DNA of 41,317 nt from an uncultured Pseudomonadota bacterium (GTDB lineage Bacteria; SAR324; XYD2-FULL-50-16). Below the pieces are notes generated by a model. It saw only the letters and a program-made list of their open reading frames with translations. It made no database searches and was not told the origin of the DNA. How positions within the stretch are numbered: position 1 is the first letter of the stretch; the number at the start of each line of letters is the position of its first letter. The position numbers and the translations under genes are program-made. The stretch lies in the NCBI GenBank assembly GCA_964549175.1, contig CAZJUM010000002.1:1-41317 (forward strand). Reading direction: 5' to 3'. This document shows positions 16,442 to 26,187 of the stretch, in pieces.

Positions 16442-17127
16442 ATTAGAATATTATGATCAGGTTTAAACGAAGGTGTAGGATTACGGGATGATTTATTATA
16501 AGCGTTCAACCTTCAGTTTTGTCCAGTGAAAGCAGCCATATGAACTTTTTTTGATCAGTGCTCATGTTTCTGAAAACTGACTGCTGATAGCCGAATGCTT
16601 ACGATTTATTGGGTTCTCGCATTGAGCTCGTGAATTGATGATCATTAGATTAACAAGCTCGCTTATTTTCGAATAGTCCAATCGCTTAAAATCATCTGTA
16701 TTTTTGGTATTCGAAGACGATGATGATAAGATACGATAAATGAATCTGCGTGGGACCGTTATTAAACAATCGAAATCGCCTGGCTAGGCCCCTTGGTAAT
16801 CACAAAAATCACAGAGGAAAAAGCAAGCTGAAAACTTCAAATATCACTTGGAAAAAAACTAAAATGGCTTTAGAGTCGATATGTAATATACTTGAGGAGA
16901 TACAGAGAAAGAGCCCTGAAGGTATTTAGAACGGAACGATCCTCATTATGGGTGATTCCAGCTTGCCGCAAACCCCCAAATAGGTGAAACTCAAATCTCA
17001 ACTTTGAATTCCGGATAATGAGATACTGAATTCTATGGTCTACCCAGATAAACCGGTTTTATCCGGATATACAATCCGAGTCGGTTTAAACGAATTTGCG
17101 AACTAATCCATCTGTGCATAAAGGTCA

Positions 17128-18918
17128 ATGAATCTATTATCAAAAAATATGCTCCTGCTGATTTCAATTGCCGTGGGAATTGTCGTGTTGTTTTCTTTTT
17201 CCTCAGAGCGTAGCAAGCAAAAAGAAGTGTCTTTCAGCCAGTTTATGAATATGCTGAGTAAGGGAGAGGTGGTCGATGTCACCATCAAGGGAGATCAAGT
17301 TTATGGAAAACGAACCGATCAAGAGACTTTTGTAGTAAACGTTCCACGATATTATGAAGATTTGATTCCCATGTTATATGATCGAGGGATTCAATTTCGA
17401 ATAAAGACACCTGACTCGGAGGGGCTTTTGTTTGCCATAATCAGTAATTGGCTGCCGATTATTTTGATTATAGGTGTTTGGTTGTTTTTCATGAAACAGA
17501 TGCAAGGGGGTAATAAAATCATGGGATTTGGCAAGTCCAAACCCAAAAAAGTCGAAGAAGATACGAAAAAAATCACATTTGACGATGTTGCGGGTATTGA
17601 GGAATCCAAAGCGGAATTGACTGAAATCGTCGAATTTTTGAGAGAACCCAGTAAATTTGAAAAACTAGGTGCCCGGATTCCTACGGGCGTACTGCTGGTC
17701 GGAGAACCGGGAACAGGAAAAACTTTGTTGGCAAAAGCAATTGCGGGAGAAGCTCAGGTGGCTTTTTTAAGTATCAGCGGATCGGATTTTGTCGAAATGT
17801 TTGTTGGGGTCGGAGCTAGTCGGGTGCGTGATTTATTCACTCAGGCACGTGAGAACGCGCCTTGTATCATATTCATTGATGAAATTGACGCAGTGGGTCG
17901 TCATCGTGGTGCGGGCCTCGGCGGAGGGAATGATGAACGTGAACAGACCCTAAATCAGCTTTTGGTAGAAATGGATGGTTTCCAAGGCAATGAAGGGGTC
18001 ATTGTTGTGGCGGCAACCAACCGCTCCGATGTGCTCGATTCCGCTCTTACTCGACCTGGCCGATTTGATCGGCAAGTTGTGATTCCCCGACCCGATATGA
18101 ACGGACGTCACAAAATATTAGAAGTTCACACCAAAGATCTACAGCTTTCCCAAGATGTTGAATTGAAGACTATCGCCCGGGCTACACCAGGCTTTACCGG
18201 TGCGGATTTAGCCAATTTAGCGAACGAAAGCGCTTTGATCGCGGCCAAACACAATAAACAGAATATTGAGTTCAGCGATTTTGAAGAAGCCAGGGATAAA
18301 ATTATGATGGGTAAAGAAAGACGCTCTATGGTTATCCCTGAAGACGAAAAGAAAACAACCGCCTTCCATGAAGCCGGGCATGCACTAATTGCCGCGTTGC
18401 ACGAGAAAGTCGATGCTATTCACAAGGTTTCTATCATACCTCGGGGGCGAGCACTAGGAATAACGATGTTATTGCCGGAGGATGATAAGCATTCATATTA
18501 CCGATCCGAGTTAGATGGTATGATCATGATGATAATGGGCGGAAGAGCGGCTGAGGAATTAATCTTTAATCATTTTACGACTGGTGCAAGTAACGATTTA
18601 GAACGTTCGACTTCTTTGGCTCATCGCATGGTCTGTAATTGGGGAATGAGCGATTCCATAGGTCCTATCCATTATGCAACCAATCAGGGCGAGGTTTTTC
18701 TGGGTCGCGACTTGATGCGAAAGAAGAATATCAGCCAGACAACCGCCAGCCGTATTGATGAGGAGGTTAAAAACATTGTCAATGGTGCTTATCAGAGAAC
18801 CATGGATTTATTGAGGGAAAACATCGATTTGCTTCATTCGATTACCAAAGAATTGATTGAAAAAGAAACCATTGATGGGAATATCATTATGGACCTGGTA
18901 GCGGCAAAAAATCAATAA
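17128..18918 (+). CDS. ftsH: ATP-dependent zinc metalloprotease FtsH
   Basis: 596 aa with an N-terminal TM region. Motifs are Walker [14 protein letters not shown], Walker [10 protein letters not shown], an SRH region, and the zinc motif HEAGHAL. Confidence 0.96.
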   Translation: MNLLSKNMLLLISIAVGIVVLFSFSSERSKQKEVSFSQFMNMLSKGEVVDVTIKGDQVYGKRTDQETFVVNVPRYYEDLIPMLYDRGIQFRIKTPDSEGLLFAIISNWLPIILIIGVWLFFMKQMQGGNKIMGFGKSKPKKVEEDTKKITFDDVAGIEESKAELTEIVEFLREPSKFEKLGARIPTGVLLVGEPGTGKTLLAKAIAGEAQVAFLSISGSDFVEMFVGVGASRVRDLFTQARENAPCIIFIDEIDAVGRHRGAGLGGGNDEREQTLNQLLVEMDGFQGNEGVIVVAATNRSDVLDSALTRPGRFDRQVVIPRPDMNGRHKILEVHTKDLQLSQDVELKTIARATPGFTGADLANLANESALIAAKHNKQNIEFSDFEEARDKIMMGKERRSMVIPEDEKKTTAFHEAGHALIAALHEKVDAIHKVSIIPRGRALGITMLLPEDDKHSYYRSELDGMIMMIMGGRAAEELIFNHFTTGASNDLERSTSLAHRMVCNWGMSDSIGPIHYATNQGEVFLGRDLMRKKNISQTTASRIDEEVKNIVNGAYQRTMDLLRENIDLLHSITKELIEKETIDGNIIMDLVAAKNQ

Positions 18919-20108
18919 TGTTTGGCGACAAAACTTCATATATGGCTAACATCGCGTATTTGTTTCCCCCCATGGAATCGATCATCATTTATAAATACCT
19001 GACTCGAATTGGTGTGGACCTGATGATTGGTAAGGACCAAGCGTTTCATCATCTTTTTATTTGTTATACTCCCTCCGAACTTCCGCGAAGTTTTGAGCAG
19101 CTTTCGCTAACATTTCCTGATCTGAGCCGACTGGATCATGTGCCCGGTCTGGGCCATCGGCTGATACTGGTGGTTAGTTTCTCCGAGCTGGGGAAAGTAT
19201 TGGACTTTGCTTCTGATTTGTCTTGCCGGTTTATTTTTGATCAATTGAATGAGCAGCTGAGGCGTGCATACTCCCCAAATTTTAGAATCCGGAATCTTGT
19301 TTGGACCAAAAAAAGACCTAAAATAATGGGGATCATCAACATTACACCGGATTCGTTTTATGATGGTGGGAAACACTATCAAAAACAAAATTACGCAAAG
19401 ATCGCGGAAAAAATGATTGCTTCTGGTGCTGATATTATTGATATTGGTGGGGAGTCGACAAGACCCGGTTCAAAGTCAATCGATGCTTCAGAAGAACTCA
19501 GACGGGTGCTCCCGGTTGTGACGCAAATCCGAAGGCGGTTCGAAATACCCATCTCTGTCGACACGATAAAACCCGCAGTCGCGGATGAGGTTTTGAAAGC
19601 TGGCGCCGATTTGATCAATGATGTTTCCGGATTGAGTGCCGGGCGGGAGATGTTGGACATAGTAAAGTGTCACCATGCCAGTTACTGCCTGATGCATACG
19701 CAAGGTACCCCTGAAATCATGCAAAAAGATCCTAGCTATAAAGATGTATTGGCTGAAGTTTACGACTTTTTTCAAAAAAAACTGGCATTTTGTGAAACTC
19801 ACGGATTGAAAAGGGACCGTGTTTTACTCGATCCCGGGATTGGTTTTGGCAAAAAAACGGATCATAATTTGGATTTGTTGCGATTTATATCGGTTTTTTC
19901 CAATTTAGAATGTTTGATTTTACAGGGAAGTTCCAATAAGTCGTTTATTGGTAGGTTGCTTAAGCGTGAAGTGAATCAGCGACTCTCGGGCACATTGGCG
20001 ACACAATCCCTGGGGTGGGTTAACGGAGCAAGTGTTTTTCGCGTGCACCAGGTTGCTGAAAACAAAGATGTGACCGAAATAGCCGCGATATATACCAGCT
20101 GCAATTGA
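18918..20108 (+). CDS. folP: dihydropteroate synthase with a ~115-aa uncharacterised N-terminal extension
   Basis: The core from about aa 117 has IMGIINITPDSFYDGG, DIIDIGGESTRPG, ISVDT and DPGIGFGK. The ATG shares one base with the ftsH TAA stop. The frame is open from 18918. Confidence 0.9.
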   Translation: MFGDKTSYMANIAYLFPPMESIIIYKYLTRIGVDLMIGKDQAFHHLFICYTPSELPRSFEQLSLTFPDLSRLDHVPGLGHRLILVVSFSELGKVLDFASDLSCRFIFDQLNEQLRRAYSPNFRIRNLVWTKKRPKIMGIINITPDSFYDGGKHYQKQNYAKIAEKMIASGADIIDIGGESTRPGSKSIDASEELRRVLPVVTQIRRRFEIPISVDTIKPAVADEVLKAGADLINDVSGLSAGREMLDIVKCHHASYCLMHTQGTPEIMQKDPSYKDVLAEVYDFFQKKLAFCETHGLKRDRVLLDPGIGFGKKTDHNLDLLRFISVFSNLECLILQGSSNKSFIGRLLKREVNQRLSGTLATQSLGWVNGASVFRVHQVAENKDVTEIAAIYTSCN

Positions 20109-20165
20109 ACTCGATAGTTACACAATATTTTTTTCAGAATTATTTTTGATCAAAGAAATAGAAAT

Positions 20166-20933
20166 ATGCCTTGGCAATTTATTGATCAGTTAAATTTAAG
20201 GTGGCAAGATTGTGTTGATATCGCAATTTTAGCGATTATTATCTATCGATTGTTACTGATGCTTAAAGGAACGCGAACAGTCCAGATAATAATTGGTTTT
20301 CTGATTGTCTCGTTGTTTTTCTACGGTGCTGAGCTCTTTAAACTAGAGGGGGTTACATGGGTTTTGACCACCTTGTTCAATTCTATTGTGATTGTAATAA
20401 TCGTGTTATTTCAATCAGATTTTAGAAATGCTTTGGCTGGCATGGGAACCAGGACTTTTTTCTTAGATTACAAAAGAGGAAAATCAGTTGATTTTATTGA
20501 TAAACTATATACCGCATGCAGCCATTTTTCAACAACCGGTATAGGAGCACTGATCGTCCTGGAGCGTGAAATGGGATTAGCCGCTTATTCCAATAGTGCC
20601 ACCAGGATTAACGCGGAATTCTCACCACAATTATTGGTAACGCTTTTCAACACCCGCGCACCATTGCATGACGGGGCGGTAATTATCGACAAAAACCAGA
20701 TGATCGCCTATGCCGGTTGTATCCTTCCGCTTTCTGCCAACCTGGAATTATCGGAACGACTGGGAACAAGACATCGGGCAGCCATAGGACTTAGTGAGGA
20801 ATCCGATGCTGTAATATTGGTTGTTAGTGAAGAAACCGGAATGATTAGTTATGTGTCAAAAGGGAAAATCTATGAAGAAACCGGATCATTTTCTGTAAAA
20901 GACAAGTTGAATGAACTATTTGTGAAGCCTTAA
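20166..20933 (+). CDS. cdaA: membrane-bound diadenylate cyclase CdaA (DisA_N domain)
   Basis: 255 aa with three N-terminal TM helices. DAC motifs are PLHDGAVII and GTRHRAAIGLSEESDAVILVVSEETG. Confidence 0.9.
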   Translation: MPWQFIDQLNLRWQDCVDIAILAIIIYRLLLMLKGTRTVQIIIGFLIVSLFFYGAELFKLEGVTWVLTTLFNSIVIVIIVLFQSDFRNALAGMGTRTFFLDYKRGKSVDFIDKLYTACSHFSTTGIGALIVLEREMGLAAYSNSATRINAEFSPQLLVTLFNTRAPLHDGAVIIDKNQMIAYAGCILPLSANLELSERLGTRHRAAIGLSEESDAVILVVSEETGMISYVSKGKIYEETGSFSVKDKLNELFVKP

Positions 20934-20938
20934 GTGAT

Positions 20939-21901
20939 ATGAATCTATTTAGCTTTATACGGCAAATTAAAATATTTTTGCTTAAAAATCCGCTCCAAAA
21001 AATATTGGCATTGGTTTTTGCGATATTGATTTGGGCCTTTGCGCCTAGTATGGAAAAACCGTCGTTATCGCAAATGCAAATATTTGTTCCCGTTTCTTAT
21101 ATTAATACCCCCCAAGATTTGGAAATTGTTTCCCAACCACAACAATCCGTCGGAATCACCATTGAAATTACCAATGATGAAATCCCTAATCCAAGTTTGT
21201 TTCAAACCTTTATAAATCTTGAAAACGCATACCCGGGAGAGCAAATTTACGAAATAGCCATTGAAGATATCAAGCATCCGGAAAGGGTCAAAATTTTAAA
21301 AATATCACCGGACAAACTTGCCATCTCCTTTGAAAAAACACTGGAGAGGGAATTAACGATCAAACCGGTTATCGTTGGGGTTCCTGCTGAAAAGTATGTA
21401 TTGGAGAAAGTGACCATTGAGCCCAACTCAATCGTTGTTAGTGGTCCGTTTTCAATATTGGAAAAGCTGGAACAAGTGGAGAGTAAGACAATCAACATTG
21501 AAGGAGCTTTTCATGATATTGAGGCGATCACGGCAATTAATATTCCCAAACAATTGTCCATTGTAAGCCCGGAGCCAGAGTATTACAAAGCCAGAATTGA
21601 AATTGGCAGTGAGCCGATGAACGTTCGATTCGATGATATACCGATTGGTATTGTAAATCAGGAATACGTTACACGGATCAATCCCCGAGCGTTTAGTGTA
21701 TTGTTAAGAGGACCACGCTCTATCATGCAGACTTTCTCCAAGCAAGATGTGCAAGCTTTTATCGATCTGCGGGACTATAAACCTGGTAAATACAAAATTG
21801 AAGCCTCTGAACTAACGCTGAGATTGCGCCCGGAAATTCAAATGCAGAAAATTTGGCCTCCCATTCACATCTGGGTGAAAAATCAAAGAATTGAGGAATA
21901 A
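20939..21901 (+). CDS. cdaR: YbbR-domain protein (CdaR-like regulator of CdaA)
   Basis: 320 aa with an N-terminal TM anchor followed by repeated beta-rich YbbR-like modules (V.V.GP...L..L). It lies immediately downstream of cdaA, as in the conserved cdaA-cdaR pair. Confidence 0.72.
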   Translation: MNLFSFIRQIKIFLLKNPLQKILALVFAILIWAFAPSMEKPSLSQMQIFVPVSYINTPQDLEIVSQPQQSVGITIEITNDEIPNPSLFQTFINLENAYPGEQIYEIAIEDIKHPERVKILKISPDKLAISFEKTLERELTIKPVIVGVPAEKYVLEKVTIEPNSIVVSGPFSILEKLEQVESKTINIEGAFHDIEAITAINIPKQLSIVSPEPEYYKARIEIGSEPMNVRFDDIPIGIVNQEYVTRINPRAFSVLLRGPRSIMQTFSKQDVQAFIDLRDYKPGKYKIEASELTLRLRPEIQMQKIWPPIHIWVKNQRIEE

Positions 21902-21919
21902 CTGAAACGGTGTTAAATC

Positions 21920-21942
21920 TTGAATTTCGCTTTGAAATTCAA
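21920..21942. terminator. AT-rich hairpin between convergent cdaR and the radical-SAM gene
   Basis: TTGAATTTC / GAAATTCAA forms a 9-bp perfect stem with the loop GCTTT. There are only two G-C pairs, so it is weak as an intrinsic terminator. Confidence 0.3.
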
Positions 21943-21947
21943 TTACT

Positions 21948-23075
21948 TTATCTTGTCCCGCCCTGCATCGTATTCCCGGATATCCGCGGAATGTTAGTAT
22001 TTAAGTGTCGTTCTAAATCTGCAGCGCATTTAGGATGAATCCCCATCGTTTTTTCCCAGACCGAGTGTTTTTCCATACAGATATAAAGCGGAACTTTTGC
22101 GGCAATTCTTTGAATCCAATTCGAGATTTTTCCGATTAATTGCTTACGAATTGGCTTGAGATACCTCATTTTACCATCATGAGTTGCGGTGAACTCGTTG
22201 GAAAAAATCGATAATCCGGGGAATCGATCTTCCGCAATTTGCTTTAACATTGGAATATATCGCAGGGTTCCCATGCTGATCCATGCGATTTTCTGAGCAG
22301 GGATCATGTCAAATAACATTTCAATTGTTTTCTGATATCCCTTTTCCCAGTCCTTATATAGAATGATGGGGTCAAAATGAAATGCCACCCCGTATCCATT
22401 ATCAATAACTTTTTGTGCGGCTTTTAAGCGATCTTTCAATGACGCGGTTTTGAGTTCATGATGCTTTATAATCTCTATGGGATTGAGTGACCAGGCAATA
22501 ACAGTGTTTTGATTATGATTTAAACCGATAAGAGAGGAGACTCGATCTGTTTTTGTTTTCAGCTCCAAAGTCGCGTTTTGGAGATGAGCAAATGTTTCCA
22601 CCAAAAAGGGATTCACATTAAAAATATGATCCAACGCAATGCTATCCGAATGCTCTCCGGTGCCAACGCGGAATGGTTGATGTGGGCTGCTTTTGATTGT
22701 CTGAATCATGCGATCAACGAGCTCATCGACGTTGACATGAAATGTGATCACCGAGCGATTTAAAAAAGCTTGTAAGATACAATAAGTGCACTCCAACGGA
22801 CAGTTTTCGACCAGATCGAGAACATAATAGTTACAACAAAGCACATTTTCAGAAAAACCGGGACAAAGTTTGAATGCGGTGGAAGGAAATTGTTTTAAGT
22901 AAAGGGCTTTTTTTCCTTCACTGAGACTTATATCGCGATCATTGAGTCCGGTTTTTTGCGAATCATCAAGAATGATTGACTGAATATCAGGACACCGAGA
23001 TAGAATTTGTTGGGTGCGGGATGAGTTTATGGCTGACTGCTCAATATAGATACAATCGGGCTGATAAAGTCGCAT
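21948..23075 (-). CDS. radical SAM protein, spore photoproduct lyase (SplB/COG1533) family
   Basis: 375 aa. The CX3CX2C cluster is CPLECTYCILQ in a context like SP-lyase family members. The size and the C-terminal region are consistent with that family. Actual substrate specificity is unknown. Confidence 0.7.
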   Translation of the reverse strand: MRLYQPDCIYIEQSAINSSRTQQILSRCPDIQSIILDDSQKTGLNDRDISLSEGKKALYLKQFPSTAFKLCPGFSENVLCCNYYVLDLVENCPLECTYCILQAFLNRSVITFHVNVDELVDRMIQTIKSSPHQPFRVGTGEHSDSIALDHIFNVNPFLVETFAHLQNATLELKTKTDRVSSLIGLNHNQNTVIAWSLNPIEIIKHHELKTASLKDRLKAAQKVIDNGYGVAFHFDPIILYKDWEKGYQKTIEMLFDMIPAQKIAWISMGTLRYIPMLKQIAEDRFPGLSIFSNEFTATHDGKMRYLKPIRKQLIGKISNWIQRIAAKVPLYICMEKHSVWEKTMGIHPKCAADLERHLNTNIPRISGNTMQGGTR

Positions 23076-23343
23076 CGTTTGACCGTTCTTAGGTTGAATT
23101 GAGCGATAAACCCAGTCTGACGAAGAAATCCTGATTCAGTAAGAAAAGTATCGGCGGATTCAATGATAGAACCGCCGATGTTTCCTGCTTTAAGAATGAT
23201 ACGGTCTTGATGTTCTTTTGGGGCTTATTAAATTCCAGCGCGGATGCTTCTAAAACAACTGACAATTCATAAGAAATGGGTCGGAAAATTTCGGAGATAC
23301 TCAATTTAGTCTGATAAAGGAAAATGTGGAGAGGCTGGCGTGA

Positions 23344-23374
23344 AATAAACCGTTCCCGTTGGTACGGCTTATTT
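23344..23374 (-). terminator. hairpin immediately downstream of the ABC ATPase stop codon
   Basis: On the minus strand, AAATAAGCCGT / ACGGTTTATTT forms an 11-bp stem (one G-U) with a 9-nt loop. It starts right after the TAA at 23375-23377. The stem is AT-rich and there is no separate U-tract beyond the stem. Confidence 0.35.
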
Positions 23375-24109
23375 TTAGATAATCTGGGATAAGAACAACT
23401 TGGTTCTATCTTCGATAGGATTAGTAAAGAAATGCTCCGGTGTTCCCACTTCAATTATTTTTCCTTCATCCATCATAACAACATGATCCGCGACTTCTCT
23501 GGCGAATCCCATTTCATGAGTGACAACCACCATAGTCATCCCTTCTTTTGCCAAAGTTTTCATTACATCAAGCACTTCCCCTATCATTTCAGGATCCAAC
23601 GCGGATGTTGGTTCGTCGAATAACATGATTTTAGGATTCATCGCCAAAGCTCTGGCGATAGCAACGCGTTGTTGTTGACCACCTGAAAGCTGCATGGGAA
23701 ATACATGTTCCTTTTCGGCAATGCCAACCTTTTTCAATAAAGCATCGGTTTTTTGGTTGGCCTTATCCTTTGGTCGTTTTCTGACCTTGACCTGAGCTAA
23801 ATTGATATTGTCCCTAACTGATTTGTGCGGAAATAAATTGAATGATTGAAATACCATCCCCACTTCAGTCCGCACTTTATTGATGTTGACTTTTTTATCG
23901 GTAATATCGACACCATCAATTATAATTGTGCCTGAATCAATAGTCTCCAATTGATTAATGCACCGCAAAAAAGTAGATTTGCCTGACCCTGAAGGGCCGA
24001 TCACAACTACCACATCACCTTTGTTAATGCAATAACTGGCCTGGTCCACTGCTTTGACAACGTGATCGCCCACGACAAAGGTCTTACAAATATCCTTAAT
24101 TTCAATCAC
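23375..24109 (-). CDS. polar amino-acid ABC transporter ATP-binding protein (GlnQ/HisP type)
   Basis: Walker [10 protein letters not shown], signature [15 protein letters not shown], Walker [13 protein letters not shown] place the start at GTG 24109 ([11 protein letters not shown]), which has AAGGAG about 11 nt upstream and overlaps the permease stop by 8 nt. The tracked ATG at 24157 would overlap the permease gene by 56 nt. Confidence 0.92.
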   Translation of the reverse strand: MIEIKDICKTFVVGDHVVKAVDQASYCINKGDVVVVIGPSGSGKSTFLRCINQLETIDSGTIIIDGVDITDKKVNINKVRTEVGMVFQSFNLFPHKSVRDNINLAQVKVRKRPKDKANQKTDALLKKVGIAEKEHVFPMQLSGGQQQRVAIARALAMNPKIMLFDEPTSALDPEMIGEVLDVMKTLAKEGMTMVVVTHEMGFAREVADHVVMMDEGKIIEVGTPEHFFTNPIEDRTKLFLSQII

Positions 24110-25148
24110 TGACAGCAAATCTCCTTTCAATATATCGCACAAATAAAGACAATCCAAATGTCAGAATCAGATACATCCCGGCGACCGTAAACCAAATTTC
24201 AAAGGCCGCGAAAGTAGATGCAATTATTTCCCGACCGGCTTTTGTTAAATCGGTGATGGCAATTACGGAAACCAAAGAGGAATCTTTGATTAGCGAAATA
24301 AACTGTCCGGCAAGTGGTGGTAATGTCCGTTTGAATGCTTGTGGTAAAATGATATAAATCATGGCTTGCGCATAGTTCATTCCCAATGAACGTGCCGCTT
24401 CCATTTGTCCCGGGTGAATGGACTGTATGCCAGCTCGAATGATCTCGGCCACGTACGCCCCGGAAAAAATTGCCAAGGCCATTGTCCCTGCTGCCATTCT
24501 GCCGAATCCTAAAATGGTACCGAGAAAAAAGTAGAAAATGAATATCTGAACCAGTAACGGAGTTCCCCGAATGAGCTCAACATATCCTGTCGAAAGCCCC
24601 AGAACCAGAGGGTTTTTCGATACCCGCCCAAAACCAGCAAAAAGACCTATCAGTAAACCGGTGATACTTGAATATAATGATATCTCAAGTGTGACAATCA
24701 ACCCCTCTATCAGAACTCCCTTTTGAGTGACATGTTGTTTTCCTATCATGTCAATGTCAGTAACTTTTTGACCATCTTTGATCGCTAGAGTTTTATTCTT
24801 AATCGTAAAAGTTTCTGATTGACCACTTTTATATTCCAGGGTTACTTTTGAACTCACTTGATCGATTTGCTGAACACGCGCTATTCCATCTTCTTCGGAG
24901 TACTGATCGACATCTCCGCTAAAAATGAAATACTGCGGAACCCGGTTCCAATACCATTTATAGTCGATTCGATTGGTCATAATTTCCAGTCCCCATCCCA
25001 ATAAGATCAAAACAAGAACTAGATTGAGGTACCAAAAAAGTTTACTCTTGGCGTTTTTGGCCGCGCCAACAATAATAAGAAGCACGGTCAATGAAAACAG
25101 CCAAAAATACTCGGACGTTAATATTTCAGATATATCCATTTTAACCAA
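24102..25148 (-). CDS. amino-acid ABC transporter permease (HisM/GlnP type) with a ~135-aa N-terminal extension
   Basis: 348 aa. The C-terminal ~215 aa form the typical permease core with the EAA loop ([23 protein letters not shown]). The N-terminus adds two TM helices plus a soluble beta-rich insert. Confidence 0.9.
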   Translation of the reverse strand: MVKMDISEILTSEYFWLFSLTVLLIIVGAAKNAKSKLFWYLNLVLVLILLGWGLEIMTNRIDYKWYWNRVPQYFIFSGDVDQYSEEDGIARVQQIDQVSSKVTLEYKSGQSETFTIKNKTLAIKDGQKVTDIDMIGKQHVTQKGVLIEGLIVTLEISLYSSITGLLIGLFAGFGRVSKNPLVLGLSTGYVELIRGTPLLVQIFIFYFFLGTILGFGRMAAGTMALAIFSGAYVAEIIRAGIQSIHPGQMEAARSLGMNYAQAMIYIILPQAFKRTLPPLAGQFISLIKDSSLVSVIAITDLTKAGREIIASTFAAFEIWFTVAGMYLILTFGLSLFVRYIERRFAVSD

Positions 25149-25292
25149 AACGTATGTGGTTTTATGGGTGTTCTGAAAAGATCACCTAATTCCGTAAAAC
25201 AGTGATCATTGCCAATAAATTAGCAAGCTGGTGAGCCGTATATAAAATAAGCGTCGAATTTATCTCTCAGAGGTTGATTATTTTCATCAGGT

Positions 25293-25332
25293 AAAAAAAA
25301 TATGCCAATCGAAAATTATCGCATTGGCATAT
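25293..25332 (-). terminator. rho-independent terminator/attenuator between the binding-protein gene and the permease gene
   Basis: On the minus strand, ATATGCCAAT / ATTGGCATAT forms a 10-bp perfect stem with a 13-nt loop, followed directly by T8 (plus-strand A-run at 25293-25300). It lies about 55 nt downstream of the binding-protein stop. Confidence 0.65.
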
Positions 25333-25386
25333 GATACCTGTTATGTTATTCAGCGACGCTACTATAGTATACCGAACTAAGTTTTC

Positions 25387-26187
25387 TTACTGAACGTCTT
25401 TCCGCCACTCAACACTTTTGAACCATTTCGCGTAAATCTTGTCATATGTTCCGTCGTTCTTAACTTGGTATAAGAAATTGTTTAACCAGTTTAAGAAATC
25501 AGCATCACCTTTTCGAATCGCCCACCCAAGCGGTTCAAAAGTAAAAGGCTTGCTAAGATGAACAGCTTTTCCCTTTCCTTTTCCACTAGCTATGATGGCT
25601 TGAAAAGGCAGGTCATAAATAAATGCGTCAATTCGACCGGAAATAACTTCCATAACTCCTTCTTGCTCAGTTTCGTAACCGATATACTTCGCTCGGGAGA
25701 TCATTCTTTTTGCAGCTTCCTCACCGGTTGTCCCCATCTTAGAGGCAATCGTATACTTACTATGGTTCAGTGATTTATAAGATTTTACCCTTCTCCCTAA
25801 TCCTTTTTTTAGCAGGATGCTTTGTCCGACTTGGATGTACGGATTGGCAAAATTAACTTTCAAGTTTCGAGATTGAGTTACGGTCATACCGGAAGCGATA
25901 ATATCAAACTTCTTGGTTAACAACGCAGGAATAATTCCATCCCAGTTTGTGTTAACGATTTTTAGTTTTACACCCATCGCGTCTGCCGCCGCTTGCATCA
26001 TGTCCACGTCAAAACCAATAATTTTGCCTTCTTTGCTTCTCATTTCAAAAGGCATATAACCAGCTTCCAAACCTACTATCAAAGTACCACGCTTCAGAAT
26101 GGTTTCTATAACATCCTCAGCTAAAGTAACAGAAGCAAAGGAAGCGGTTATGGCAAGAGCTAGCAAAAGACTTATAAACTTTTTCAT
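25387..26187 (-). CDS. amino-acid ABC transporter substrate-binding protein (family 3 SBP)
   Basis: It has a signal peptide (MKKFISLLLALAITASFASVTLA), then GLEAGYMPFE, DGIIPALLTKKFDIIASGMT and WAIRKGD. I place the start at ATG 26187, preceded by GGAG with a 5-nt spacer. The tracked ORF starts 7 codons earlier. Confidence 0.9.
   Translation of the reverse strand: MKKFISLLLALAITASFASVTLAEDVIETILKRGTLIVGLEAGYMPFEMRSKEGKIIGFDVDMMQAAADAMGVKLKIVNTNWDGIIPALLTKKFDIIASGMTVTQSRNLKVNFANPYIQVGQSILLKKGLGRRVKSYKSLNHSKYTIASKMGTTGEEAAKRMISRAKYIGYETEQEGVMEVISGRIDAFIYDLPFQAIIASGKGKGKAVHLSKPFTFEPLGWAIRKGDADFLNWLNNFLYQVKNDGTYDKIYAKWFKSVEWRKDVQ

Noticed and set aside
23089-23454. 121-aa minus-strand ORF in and beyond the ABC ATPase 3' end
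   Set aside because: It overlaps the ATPase gene in another frame and has no motifs. The remainder falls in the ~300-nt intergenic and promoter region upstream of the radical SAM gene.
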